This document shows positions 46,736 through 55,640 of a stretch of 64,000 nucleotides of DNA, one piece after another; the stretch's first letter is position 1, and each line of letters opens with the position of its first letter. The stretch lies in the NCBI RefSeq assembly GCF_000009045.1, contig NC_000964.3, forward strand, positions 558,001 through 622,000. The letters run 5' to 3'. The notes beneath the pieces are model-generated. The model was not told where the DNA came from, did not search any database, and was given only the letters and a program-made list of their open reading frames with translations. The position numbers were made by a program, and so were the translations under genes. The stretch is from Bacillus subtilis subsp. subtilis str. 168. GTDB taxonomy: Bacteria > Bacillota > Bacilli > Bacillales > Bacillaceae.

Positions 46736-48379
46736 TCAGTCTTTTTTGTCTTGATGATCCAGCTCTTTTATTCGTTTCGTAAGCTCATTGAAAGCCTGAT
46801 CAAGCTCCTTATACCCTTTATCATTTGGCGTCATAAAACTGAGCTTTCCCAGCACTTCTTGTCTTTCTGTCTCAAGCTTTAACCGAAGCTCCTCCCGCTC
46901 ATTTCTTTCTGAAGGAACGTCGTTTAACTGCTTTTCGATGCCGTTGTTTGAGATGACGAGTTTACTGTTTGTTGTTTTTTCGAGAAAGTATCGGTCATGT
47001 GAAACCGCCAGCAATGTGCCGCTGTATTGTGACAGTGTTTCTTCCAGCTGTTCGCGTGACGGCAGGTCGAGATGGTTTGTCGGCTCATCTAAAATCAGCA
47101 CGTCTTTTTCCTCCAGAATATATGCCATCAGCTTGATCTTTACACGCTCACCCATACTCATATGCTTGATCGGTTCAGTCCATTGGGCGGCTGTAAAACC
47201 TAAGTGCCTCATCAGATTTTGAACGTGCCCCCTTGCTTTGAATGTTTCATTCTCAAATAACTCTTCCGGTGTTTGTTCTAAAGGCAAATCAAACACCTCC
47301 TGCGTTAAATAGCCGATGTTTGCGGACGGCGACACCCATACACTTCCTTCTGCTGTTTCCTGTCCCAGAATGATGTTCAGTAATGTCGTTTTTCCGCTGC
47401 CATTGGGGCCTATGATCGCAACCTTTTCGCCGTGCTGAATTGTAAAGTTTGCGTTTTTAAAGAGAGTCCTTTCTCCAAACGCTTTTGTTACATTCTGAAC
47501 TTCTAAAAAACGTTTTCCTGTTTTGTGGGTTGTATCGATTGAAAAGCGGACTGTATATTCTGGGGTAACGGGTTCCGCCTTTGCTTTTTCAAGCTCTTTT
47601 TCAAGCCGCTTCTGCTTGGATTTTATCTGGGCATCCGTACGCTTCGCTTTTACCCGGTGATATTCTTTAAACCCTTCCTTTTTCGTCGATTGAGCATGGG
47701 CTTTTTCCGACCAAGAAGCGAGCCCATTCATTTGTGCTTCAATCCGTTCAACCATTTTTTGCTGCTTTTCATATTCACGCTGCTGGGTGAGTCTTTTCTT
47801 CTCCCGGAACTTCATATACCCGGAGTAATTCCCTTTGAATTCAATCAGCGTCTGATCCTCAAGCGACCATATTTTTGTTGCGGCTTCGTCTAAAAAATAT
47901 CGATCGTGAGAAACGAGAATCACAGTGCCGTTATAATGTTTCAGCTGTTGGATGAGAAATTGCAAGCTTTTTTCATCAAGGTGGTTTGTCGGTTCATCTA
48001 ACAGCAGCAGATCTGCATCCTCTGATAGTCCTTTCGCCAGCCGCGCTTTCAGTTTTTCACCGCCGCTTAACTGATGAAAATCACGAAGAGGCACATGCCA
48101 TTTCTCCAGTAACTTCTTTTCGGCAGGTGTCTGATCCGCAAAGGAATACGCCGCGGTTTCCTGTTCAACCAAAGCCAGTTTTATATCCTTCCGAAGGATT
48201 TGACCCTGTGCAGGGGCTAAGTCATTGTGAATGAGGTGCAGCAACGTAGATTTCCCAGCGCCGTTTTTGCCGATAATCCCAATGATATCTCCTTGCTGAA
48301 CACTGGCGTTTACATGTTTAAAAACAGTTTGATCCTTTACTTCATAGCTAACGTTTGTTAATGTTACGATCTCTTTCAT
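46736..48379 (-). CDS. vmlR: ABC-F ribosome-protection protein VmlR
   Basis: Two NBDs (GKNGAGKS, GPNGSGKT; LSGGE, MSMGE; LDEPTNHLD x2), no TM segments, interdomain linker. Confidence 0.96.
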   Translation of the reverse strand: MKEIVTLTNVSYEVKDQTVFKHVNASVQQGDIIGIIGKNGAGKSTLLHLIHNDLAPAQGQILRKDIKLALVEQETAAYSFADQTPAEKKLLEKWHVPLRDFHQLSGGEKLKARLAKGLSEDADLLLLDEPTNHLDEKSLQFLIQQLKHYNGTVILVSHDRYFLDEAATKIWSLEDQTLIEFKGNYSGYMKFREKKRLTQQREYEKQQKMVERIEAQMNGLASWSEKAHAQSTKKEGFKEYHRVKAKRTDAQIKSKQKRLEKELEKAKAEPVTPEYTVRFSIDTTHKTGKRFLEVQNVTKAFGERTLFKNANFTIQHGEKVAIIGPNGSGKTTLLNIILGQETAEGSVWVSPSANIGYLTQEVFDLPLEQTPEELFENETFKARGHVQNLMRHLGFTAAQWTEPIKHMSMGERVKIKLMAYILEEKDVLILDEPTNHLDLPSREQLEETLSQYSGTLLAVSHDRYFLEKTTNSKLVISNNGIEKQLNDVPSERNEREELRLKLETERQEVLGKLSFMTPNDKGYKELDQAFNELTKRIKELDHQDKKD

Positions 48380-48405
48380 CCATATCCCTCGCTTTAAAGG
48401 GAGAA

Positions 48406-48641
48406 TAAAAAAATCCTCCCAAATGTGTTGGAAGGATTAGCCGTGCCTGTGCATGATCAAATAAGCTATTTTTTATAAATAGCAGTGTCGTATATATAGA
48501 AAATGGGCAGACTAATCCTATTTTTTGATTTGAAATATTGATTTCAAACGGTAAAAATAAGATTAGTTAATCATTGTCCACCCATCATCCCTTCTTGTTT
48601 TGATTACAAACACTATAGCATACCTTTAAATTCAAAAGCAA
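48406..48641 (-). promoter_or_regulatory. vmlR promoter and attenuator leader
   Basis: TTGCTT-18-TATAGT (48641-48612); terminator AATCCTTCC/GGGAGGATT plus T7 (48406-38); antiterminator AGGATTAG (48512-19) can pair CTAATCCT. Confidence 0.88.
48563..48574 (-). CDS. vmlR leader peptide Met-Ile-Asn
   Basis: ATG ATT AAC TAA in the attenuator; matches the published uORF as I recall it. Confidence 0.8.
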   Translation of the reverse strand: MIN

Positions 48642-48655
48642 AGGTCATTTTCATC

Positions 48656-48693
48656 AAAAAAACTCCTGCTCTCATTTTTGAGGCAGGAGTTTT
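48656..48693 (-). terminator. ydgF terminator
   Basis: AAAACTCCTGC / GCAGGAGTTTT stem. Confidence 0.75.
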
Positions 48694-48698
48694 GAGTC

Positions 48699-50075
48699 TT
48701 ATTGATGCTTCGCTTTTCTCACTTTATAAATCACAATCAGCAAAATAAACCAAACCGGTGTGACAAATAAGGAAACACGAGTATCCTGTGCCAGTGCCAG
48801 CACAACCAGAACAAACGCCAGGAACGCAAGAATCAGGTAATTTGTAAACGGATAAAGCGGAAGCTTAAACTTGTTTGTTTTCGCTAATTCAGGTCTTGTT
48901 TTGCGGTATTTCATATGGCAGATGACCGTAATCCCCCAAATGTAGATAAAGCATACGGTTGAAATACTTGTGATCAGGGTGAATACGCCTTCTGGCATGA
49001 TGTAGTTTAACGTAACACCGATTAAAATCACGATAGCTGAAAAGAATAAAGCATTTCTAGGCACTTTACGCTGAGTCAGTTTCGCCATTGACTCAGGCGC
49101 ATTGTGATCTTTCGCCAGGGAATAGACCATACGGCTTGTACTGAATACAGCGCTGTTGCATGCTGAAGCAGCGGATGTCAACACAACAAAGTTGATAATA
49201 CTTGCAGCCCCGACGATGCCAACAGCGACAAATACTTGTACGAATGGGCTTTCGCTGGGATTGATGATATCCCAAGGATAGATGCTCATAATCACGAGAA
49301 GAGCCCCGATATAAAAAAGCAGCACACGGACAGGAATATTGTTGATCGCCTTAGGGATTACTTTTTCAGGGTTTTCTGTTTCACCGGCCGTAAGCCCGAC
49401 AAGCTCAATGCCGACAAAAGCAAACACAACCATCTGGAACGAGAGGATAAACCCGTGCATGCCATTCGGGAACAGGCCTCCGTGGCTCCAGAGGTTTGTG
49501 AAGCTGGACACTCCTGAGCTTGTGGAAAAGCCTTTGAAAATCATCACAAGGCCAATGACGATTAACGCCAAAATGGCAATGACTTTAATCAAAGCGAACC
49601 AAAATTCTAATTCTCCAAAAAGCTTGACTGTCGCCAGATTCATAATCAGTAAAATAATAAGAGCGATTAAGCCAGGCACCCATTGCGGCACACCCGGGAG
49701 CCAATATTGAGTGTAGAGCCCGACTGCTGTCAGATCAGCCATCGCAATGGAAATCCAGCAGAACCAATATGTCCAGCCGGTGATAAAAGCTGCCATATCG
49801 CCTAGGTAGTCTTGTACAAAATCCACAAAAGAGTGATAGTTCAAGTTTGATAACAGCAGTTCACCCAGCGATCTCATAATTAAAAAGCAAATGATCCCTG
49901 TGATCATATAAGCAAATAAAATCGAAGGTCCGGCAAAATGAATCGATTTGCCCGAGCCGAGAAATAAGCCTGTCCCAATGGCTCCGCCGATGGCGATGAG
50001 CTGGATATGCCTGTTTTTCAAGCCTCTCTGCAACGTTTGCTGATTTATATTGTCTTTCGTCATGTCGTCTGTCAC
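48699..50075 (-). CDS. ydgF: APC-superfamily amino-acid permease (CycA/AapA-like)
   Basis: RHIQLIAIGGAIGTGLFLGSG, FGELEFWFALIK, FAFVGIELVG. Confidence 0.93.
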   Translation of the reverse strand: MTDDMTKDNINQQTLQRGLKNRHIQLIAIGGAIGTGLFLGSGKSIHFAGPSILFAYMITGIICFLIMRSLGELLLSNLNYHSFVDFVQDYLGDMAAFITGWTYWFCWISIAMADLTAVGLYTQYWLPGVPQWVPGLIALIILLIMNLATVKLFGELEFWFALIKVIAILALIVIGLVMIFKGFSTSSGVSSFTNLWSHGGLFPNGMHGFILSFQMVVFAFVGIELVGLTAGETENPEKVIPKAINNIPVRVLLFYIGALLVIMSIYPWDIINPSESPFVQVFVAVGIVGAASIINFVVLTSAASACNSAVFSTSRMVYSLAKDHNAPESMAKLTQRKVPRNALFFSAIVILIGVTLNYIMPEGVFTLITSISTVCFIYIWGITVICHMKYRKTRPELAKTNKFKLPLYPFTNYLILAFLAFVLVVLALAQDTRVSLFVTPVWFILLIVIYKVRKAKHQ

Positions 50076-50214
50076 TTTATGTGTTCCTCCATTGAAAATT
50101 GTTTATTGAGTCAGCAATCTATTTTTAATGATTATTATAACACTAAAATTTCTATCTTTTTTACTAAAAAAGGATTGATGAAAAGAATTTTAATGTGATT
50201 TGGACTATTTCCCG

Positions 50215-50247
50215 AAAAAGCGGCTCCATTTAGGGAGCCGCTTTTTT
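50215..50247 (-). terminator. dinB terminator
   Basis: AAAAAGCGGCTCC / GGAGCCGCTTTTT stem. Confidence 0.8.
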
Positions 50248-50764
50248 ATGCTTTTTCAGTTTTTGTCATAAACAGGTAGAGCCCGTAATCTGTCGGTGCG
50301 GATGCGTAGCCTGCCTGCCGCAGCATTGCTGTGATATTGCCGCGGTGGTATGTCCCGTGATTGACAACGTGGGGAAGCAGTTCGGAAACAGTTGTTTTCA
50401 TGATTCCGCTTGAGGGATTTTGAATCTGGAGTGGCTTATTGAGCTGTTCTTTTTGCTGTAAAAATAGTATATAGCGCTCGGATAACCTCAGAAAAAGGTC
50501 TTCCATTTCCTCTATTTCTTTAGCCTCTGTCTGTTCTTTAAGCTGTTCAGCTAAAGCCAACGCATCGCTCAAGGTTTTGCCGGAAAACACTTCAATCCAG
50601 CCGAGATCAGAAAGATAAACATGAGACAATACATGGGATATTGACGGAAACACGCTTTGAATTTCTTGATGGTATATCTCTTTTGGAAGCTCTTTTAATC
50701 GGTTGAATATTTGTTGATTGGCCCAGACGTTATATTCATACAATTTGAATGCAAAATCTGACAT
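50246..50764 (-). CDS. dinB: DinB/YfiT-family DNA-damage-inducible protein
   Basis: YNVWAN, SHVL, HVVNHGTYHRGNI metal-binding His motif; ATG 50764 behind AAGGGGG. Confidence 0.93.
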   Translation of the reverse strand: MSDFAFKLYEYNVWANQQIFNRLKELPKEIYHQEIQSVFPSISHVLSHVYLSDLGWIEVFSGKTLSDALALAEQLKEQTEAKEIEEMEDLFLRLSERYILFLQQKEQLNKPLQIQNPSSGIMKTTVSELLPHVVNHGTYHRGNITAMLRQAGYASAPTDYGLYLFMTKTEKA

Positions 50765-50805
50765 GTTAAAATTCCCCCTTTCGTGTGTATAGCTTTCATT
50801 ATACA

Positions 50806-50819
50806 CGAACATGAGTTCT
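50806..50819 (-). promoter_or_regulatory. LexA (Cheo) box in the dinB promoter
   Basis: AGAACTCATGTTCG (GAAC-N4-GTTC) just upstream of TATAAT 50798-50803. Confidence 0.9.
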
Positions 50820-50847
50820 TATGTAGAGTGCTCGAAAATAAAATTTG

Positions 50848-50912
50848 TTGACATATATAGTTTAGAGGAATAAACTAATTGACATTGAACATAAAGTTTA
50901 GCGGGGTAAACT
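50848..50912 (+). promoter_or_regulatory. ydgG promoter (TTGACA-17-TAAACT) with two AGTTTA-N6-TAAACT operators
   Basis: Dyads at 50859-76 and 50895-912. Confidence 0.72.
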
Positions 50913-50932
50913 ATAATGAGGAGGGGAAGATA

Positions 50933-51391
50933 TTGAATGAACAAAAGCTATGTCAGGCGATAAACCTGTTTGTGGAAGTCCTGCTTGAAGGGACAGAATT
51001 TGTGCATCGTGAAATCAATCAGGATGTCTTCAAGCATATCTCAAGGGAACAGGCAGACCTGTTGAAAATTTTAAAAGTCAAGGGCCCAACCTCTCCCGGC
51101 AGCCTGGCCATGTACCAAAATGTACATAAGAGCGCGATCTCTAACAGACTGAAAAAGCTGCTCGAAAAGGGATTGGTTCAATGGGACGACTGTCCGGAAA
51201 AAAGTGATAGGCGCTCTAAGCTTATTAACATTACACCCAGTGGTGAACACATACTAGAAGAATTAGATTCTGCCATCTTTAACGCGCTCAAACCGTTGAT
51301 TGATGATATAGATGAGGAACACTTACATTCTATCATCGAGATATTCACCATTTTAAAAAGCAAATTTAAAGGAGGAGATTCTGCCGAATGA
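50933..51391 (+). CDS. ydgG: MarR-family regulator
   Basis: HKSAISNRLKKLLEKGLV, DRRSKLINIT..G; TTG behind GAGGAGG. Confidence 0.92.
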   Translation: MNEQKLCQAINLFVEVLLEGTEFVHREINQDVFKHISREQADLLKILKVKGPTSPGSLAMYQNVHKSAISNRLKKLLEKGLVQWDDCPEKSDRRSKLINITPSGEHILEELDSAIFNALKPLIDDIDEEHLHSIIEIFTILKSKFKGGDSAE

Positions 51392-54045
51392 GAGCAATCA
51401 TCAAATTCAAGTGGGCAATTGCAGCCATAGTATTAGCACTTACCGTCGTTTTGAGTTTGTTTTCTCCGAACTTAACGGAGCTGGCCAATCAAAAGGGGCA
51501 GGCCCAGCTTCCCGCTGATGCTGTTTCAGAAAGGGCAAACGCCATTTTAAAACAAGCGGGAGAAGACAATAATTCGATCAGTGTAGTCTTTACATTAGAC
51601 AACGCTATAAAGAAAGAAACAGAGAATCAGCTCCGGATAATAATTGATAAAATCAAAAAGATCGACGGTGTAGAAGAGGTAACATCTCCTCTGTCAGCGG
51701 AAAAAGAAGTCAAAGACCAGTTGATGTCGAAAGACAAGAAAACCGTTCTCATGCCTGTCACGATTACAGGTTCTGATAAAAAGGCGGAAAAAATTGCGGA
51801 CGAGATTTATCAAATCGTTCCTGATGACTTGACGGCATATATTACGGGAGCTTCCCTTATCAACCAGGATTTCGCTCACAGCTCAGAGGAAGGGCTTAAG
51901 AAAACGGAAGTGATAACAGTCTGCCTGATCATCGGTTTACTGTTGATCGTGTTCCGATCTGTTGTGACGCCTTTTATCCCGATTGTGGTTGTCGGTTTTT
52001 CTTATCTGATCAGTCAATCTATACTGGGCATCCTTGTATACAATGTTGATTTTCCTATCTCGACGTTTACGCAAACCTTCTTAGTTGCGATCCTGTTCGG
52101 CATTGGAACAGATTACTGCATACTGCTTCTTACACGGTTCCGTGAAGAATTGGCAAACGGGCATGATAAAAAAGAAGCGGCGCTTATCGCTTACCGCACA
52201 GGGGGAAAAACCTTATTTATCAGCGGATTTGCGGTATTGATCGGATTTTCCGCCTTAGGATTTGCGAAGTTTGCGATTTTCCAATCCGCAGTAGGGGTAG
52301 CAGTCGGTGTGGGAATTTTAATGATCATCCTCTACACACTGCTGCCATTATTTATGGTGACGCTGGGTGAAAAATTATTCTGGCCTTCTAAGAAAGTGCT
52401 GTCACACAGTGATAACAAACTATGGGCGTTTCTCGGCAGACACTCCGTTGCGCGTCCGTTTCTGTTCATTGTCATCACGGTGGTGATTACGCTTCCGTTC
52501 ATCTTGACCTATGATGACCAGATTTCATTCGACTCAACTGCGGAAATCAGCAGCGATTATAAATCTATAAAAGCTCTCGAGGCCATTAAGGATGGATTCG
52601 GGGAAGGAAAAGCGTTCCCGATCAATGTTGTCGTAAAAGGAGACAAAGATCTTACAACAGCTGATACAATCCCCTATCTAGGAAATATCAGCAAAGCGAT
52701 CGAGAAAGTTGATCATGTTGACTCTGTTATGACCATTACGCAGCCGACTGGTAAAAAAATCAAAGATTTATATATTGATAACCAGCTAGGATCGGTTTCA
52801 GACGGGCTGGATAAGACGGTGAAAGGGATTGCCGATGTCCAAAGCGGATTAACGGATATAGAAAACGGACTGAATCAAATGGCAGGGCAAACCGGCTCGG
52901 CCTCAAATGGAGGGTCTGGCGGTTCACTGGGCGATGCGGCAGATGGCTTGGGCAAAATCAATCAGCAGCTGCAGCTCGTGAGCAAACAGATTTCCCAAAC
53001 CGGCAATACCGCACAGACCGTGCAGCAGCTTACGGCAATAAGCGGACAGCTTGGCCAGATTCAAACCGGCCTTGAACAAGCGAACCAACAGCTCTCAGGC
53101 CAGCAGGCACAAGCCGGAACGCTGACAGAAAGCCTGAAAAAGCTGTCCGAAGGCGTGAAAAGCGCAAATGAGGGCCTGACGAAAGTCTCTGACGGTATTA
53201 CAGCTTCCAGTGATATATTAGAGGACATGAGCAAAAGTCCAACTGTAAGAGATACTGGCATATTCATTCCTGATCAAGTAATGAAGGACAAAGACTTTAA
53301 GAAGTCAATTGACCAGTATTCCTTTGCAGACGGCAAAGGTGTTCAATTAAGTGTCGTTCTGGATTCAAATCCGTACTCAGAACAAGCTATTACGACAATA
53401 AACCAAATCAAAAAAGCTGTCGCAAACGAAGTTGACGGCACTCCTTTGGAGAATGCACAGATCGTGTACGGCGGGGTCACGAGTATGAATGCGGACTTAA
53501 AGGAGCTATCCACAACGGACTTCTCCAGAACAATGGTGATTATGATTATAGGCCTGTTTATCGTGTTAACCATTTTGTTCCGCTCAATGATCATGCCGAT
53601 TTATATGATCGCGTCATTGCTGCTGACGTACTATACGTCGATATCCATAACAGAATTAATTTTTGTAAACGGCTTAGGAAACGCGGGTGTCAGCTGGGCA
53701 GTGCCATTCTTCAGCTTTGTCATCTTGATCGCGTTAGGGGTAGATTATTCGATCTTCTTGCTGGATCGATTTAAGGAAGAGGTGCACCTTGGCATTGAGC
53801 AAGGTGTCGTCAGGTCAATGAGCAAAATGGGATCTGTCATTATTACAGCTGCCATTATATTGGCCGGTACGTTCGCGGCGATGATGCCTTCAGGTGTCAA
53901 TACACTGATGCAGGTGGCAAGTGTTATCATCATCGGGCTCTTGCTTTACGGCCTTGTCATACTTCCGCTCTTCATCCCGGCAATCATTGCGACCTTTGGA
54001 GAAGGAAACTGGTGGCCGTTCGGCAGGAAGAAAGGAAAAGAGTAA
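51388..54045 (+). CDS. ydgH: MMPL/RND-family transporter with a long coiled-coil insert
   Basis: FGIGTDYCILL and ALGVDYSIFL motifs; Gly/Gln/Ser-rich heptad insert. Confidence 0.93.
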   Translation: MRAIIKFKWAIAAIVLALTVVLSLFSPNLTELANQKGQAQLPADAVSERANAILKQAGEDNNSISVVFTLDNAIKKETENQLRIIIDKIKKIDGVEEVTSPLSAEKEVKDQLMSKDKKTVLMPVTITGSDKKAEKIADEIYQIVPDDLTAYITGASLINQDFAHSSEEGLKKTEVITVCLIIGLLLIVFRSVVTPFIPIVVVGFSYLISQSILGILVYNVDFPISTFTQTFLVAILFGIGTDYCILLLTRFREELANGHDKKEAALIAYRTGGKTLFISGFAVLIGFSALGFAKFAIFQSAVGVAVGVGILMIILYTLLPLFMVTLGEKLFWPSKKVLSHSDNKLWAFLGRHSVARPFLFIVITVVITLPFILTYDDQISFDSTAEISSDYKSIKALEAIKDGFGEGKAFPINVVVKGDKDLTTADTIPYLGNISKAIEKVDHVDSVMTITQPTGKKIKDLYIDNQLGSVSDGLDKTVKGIADVQSGLTDIENGLNQMAGQTGSASNGGSGGSLGDAADGLGKINQQLQLVSKQISQTGNTAQTVQQLTAISGQLGQIQTGLEQANQQLSGQQAQAGTLTESLKKLSEGVKSANEGLTKVSDGITASSDILEDMSKSPTVRDTGIFIPDQVMKDKDFKKSIDQYSFADGKGVQLSVVLDSNPYSEQAITTINQIKKAVANEVDGTPLENAQIVYGGVTSMNADLKELSTTDFSRTMVIMIIGLFIVLTILFRSMIMPIYMIASLLLTYYTSISITELIFVNGLGNAGVSWAVPFFSFVILIALGVDYSIFLLDRFKEEVHLGIEQGVVRSMSKMGSVIITAAIILAGTFAAMMPSGVNTLMQVASVIIIGLLLYGLVILPLFIPAIIATFGEGNWWPFGRKKGKE

Positions 54046-54151
54046 TCGAGAGAAGAGTGATGAATGGTCATCACTCTTTTTTCATGACTAAACGACTAAC
54101 TTCAGACGTGTTACCCAAAAAGATCAGACGATCAAACGGCGGCTGTACTTA

Positions 54152-54192
54152 AAAACAAAGAGCCCGGAAAACATTCCCGGGCTCTTTGTTTT
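54152..54192. terminator. Terminator after ydgI
   Basis: AAAACAAAGAGCCCGG / CCGGGCTCTTTGTTTT 16-bp stem. Confidence 0.85.
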
Positions 54193-54820
54193 ATTTCCAT
54201 TCTGCAATTGTATCAATCGGCAGACGGTAGGAAGCATAGCCTTCGTCTGCTGCTTTTCCGATAGAAAGTAGCATAACCGGTACATAACGTTCTTTATCTA
54301 ATCCGAAGGTTTCCGCGATGTTTTCTTTATCGTATCCGCCGATCGGGTTTGTATCGTAGCCATGCGCGCGTGCAGTCAGCATCAGCTGCATGGAAACAAG
54401 ACCTCCGTCAATCAGGATCGTTTCACGGTTGACCTGTGCCGGAAGCTTTTCAAAATGTGCGGTCAGCGCGGCGATTTGTCTGTCTTTGACCTCCTGCGGC
54501 ATGTAACCAAGTTCCACGGCTTTTGAATAGATTTCTTCTAGATAGTCTGCGTTGTTCATGTCTGCAAATACAGCGATGACAGCAGATGATGTTGTGACTT
54601 GTGTTTGGTTAAAGCTTGCAAGCGGTGCGAGCTTTTCTTTTCCTTCCGGGCTGTCAATGACAAGAAAACGCCATGGCTGCGCGTTAACAGAAGATGGGGC
54701 AGTTGTTGCTTCCTCTAAGATCTCTGTCATTTCTTCTTTGCTGATTTTTACTGCCGGATCATAGTTGCGGATAGAACGGCGGCCTTTCATAATTTCCATA
54801 AAATCGTTTGTTTTGATCAT
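54191..54820 (-). CDS. ydgI: Nitroreductase-family oxidoreductase
   Basis: RRSIRNYD, APSSVNAQPW, GYDTNPIGGY. Confidence 0.93.
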   Translation of the reverse strand: MIKTNDFMEIMKGRRSIRNYDPAVKISKEEMTEILEEATTAPSSVNAQPWRFLVIDSPEGKEKLAPLASFNQTQVTTSSAVIAVFADMNNADYLEEIYSKAVELGYMPQEVKDRQIAALTAHFEKLPAQVNRETILIDGGLVSMQLMLTARAHGYDTNPIGGYDKENIAETFGLDKERYVPVMLLSIGKAADEGYASYRLPIDTIAEWK

Positions 54821-54835
54821 GTTGATACACTCCTC

Positions 54836-55270
54836 TTAAGCTTCGATATTATTTATATTGTTTCGCATGCGCGCCAGCACATCAATGAGCAGGCGGCGTT
54901 CTTCTGCGCTTACATTTGCGAGCATTTCCTTCATGAAACGCTCCTTTTCCTTCTTAGAAGACTCAATTCGCTCTCTTCCTTGGTCTGTTAACCGAACAAG
55001 GGTGATGCGGTTGTCCTCAGGCTTGCGCCGCCTTGATACCATGCCTTTGGATTCCAGCTGTTTCAGGTGTCTGGTAACGGCTGCGCTATCGATATTTACT
55101 TTCTTTTGAAGGTCGCTTTGACTGATCTCATCTGCATGATAAAGCAATGTCAGCAATTCCAAACGAGATTGGCTGATGCCCGTGCATGCCTCGAACTTCA
55201 CGCCAATCACCTTGTTCACGCCTTGCAGCTGATATAAAATCTCGGCTTCCTCTGAACAAAATGACGCCAA
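54836..55270 (-). CDS. ydgJ: MarR-family regulator
   Basis: IDSAAVTRHLKQLESKGMV, DNRITLVRLT; TTG 55270 behind AAGAAGGGA preferred over 55330. Confidence 0.9.
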   Translation of the reverse strand: MASFCSEEAEILYQLQGVNKVIGVKFEACTGISQSRLELLTLLYHADEISQSDLQKKVNIDSAAVTRHLKQLESKGMVSRRRKPEDNRITLVRLTDQGRERIESSKKEKERFMKEMLANVSAEERRLLIDVLARMRNNINNIEA

Positions 55271-55302
55271 AACCCATCCCTTCTTTCCTGTCAAAACTAT
55301 TA

Positions 55303-55361
55303 ATTGATATATCAATGATTGACACGTCAATTAATATACAACGATTGATTTCATCTTGCAA
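55303..55361 (-). promoter_or_regulatory. ydgJ-ydgI promoter (TTGCAA-17-TATATT) with two tandem ATTGA-N4-TCAAT operators
   Basis: Dyads at 55303-16 and 55318-31, just downstream of the -10 (55333-38). Confidence 0.72.
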
Positions 55362-55640
55362 GCCATTTGCACTTTTGAACAACCTCCCAGCGCATAAAAT
55401 TCGCTAGGCTAGAACTTAGCAAAAAAAGCTGGCCGCTTCTTCAGATGATGCTGGTCACGATGATTCCCTGCATCATTCCCATTTATAGGTGTTCGGAATA
55501 TCACTTTGCCGGCCCGTGCTCAAGCGGCTTTCACAGGCTGAAAGTTATGATACAATATACAAATGTTTCACAGCTTCAATCCATAGTTGGAGCTGACATC
55601 CATTATATAAGGGACTAGGTTGAAGGGAAGGTTTGATAAC

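Noticed and set aside
55400-55620. ~58-codon ORF and small hairpin upstream of ydgK
   Set aside because: No SD, it runs across the apparent ydgK promoter, and the hairpin lacks a U-tract
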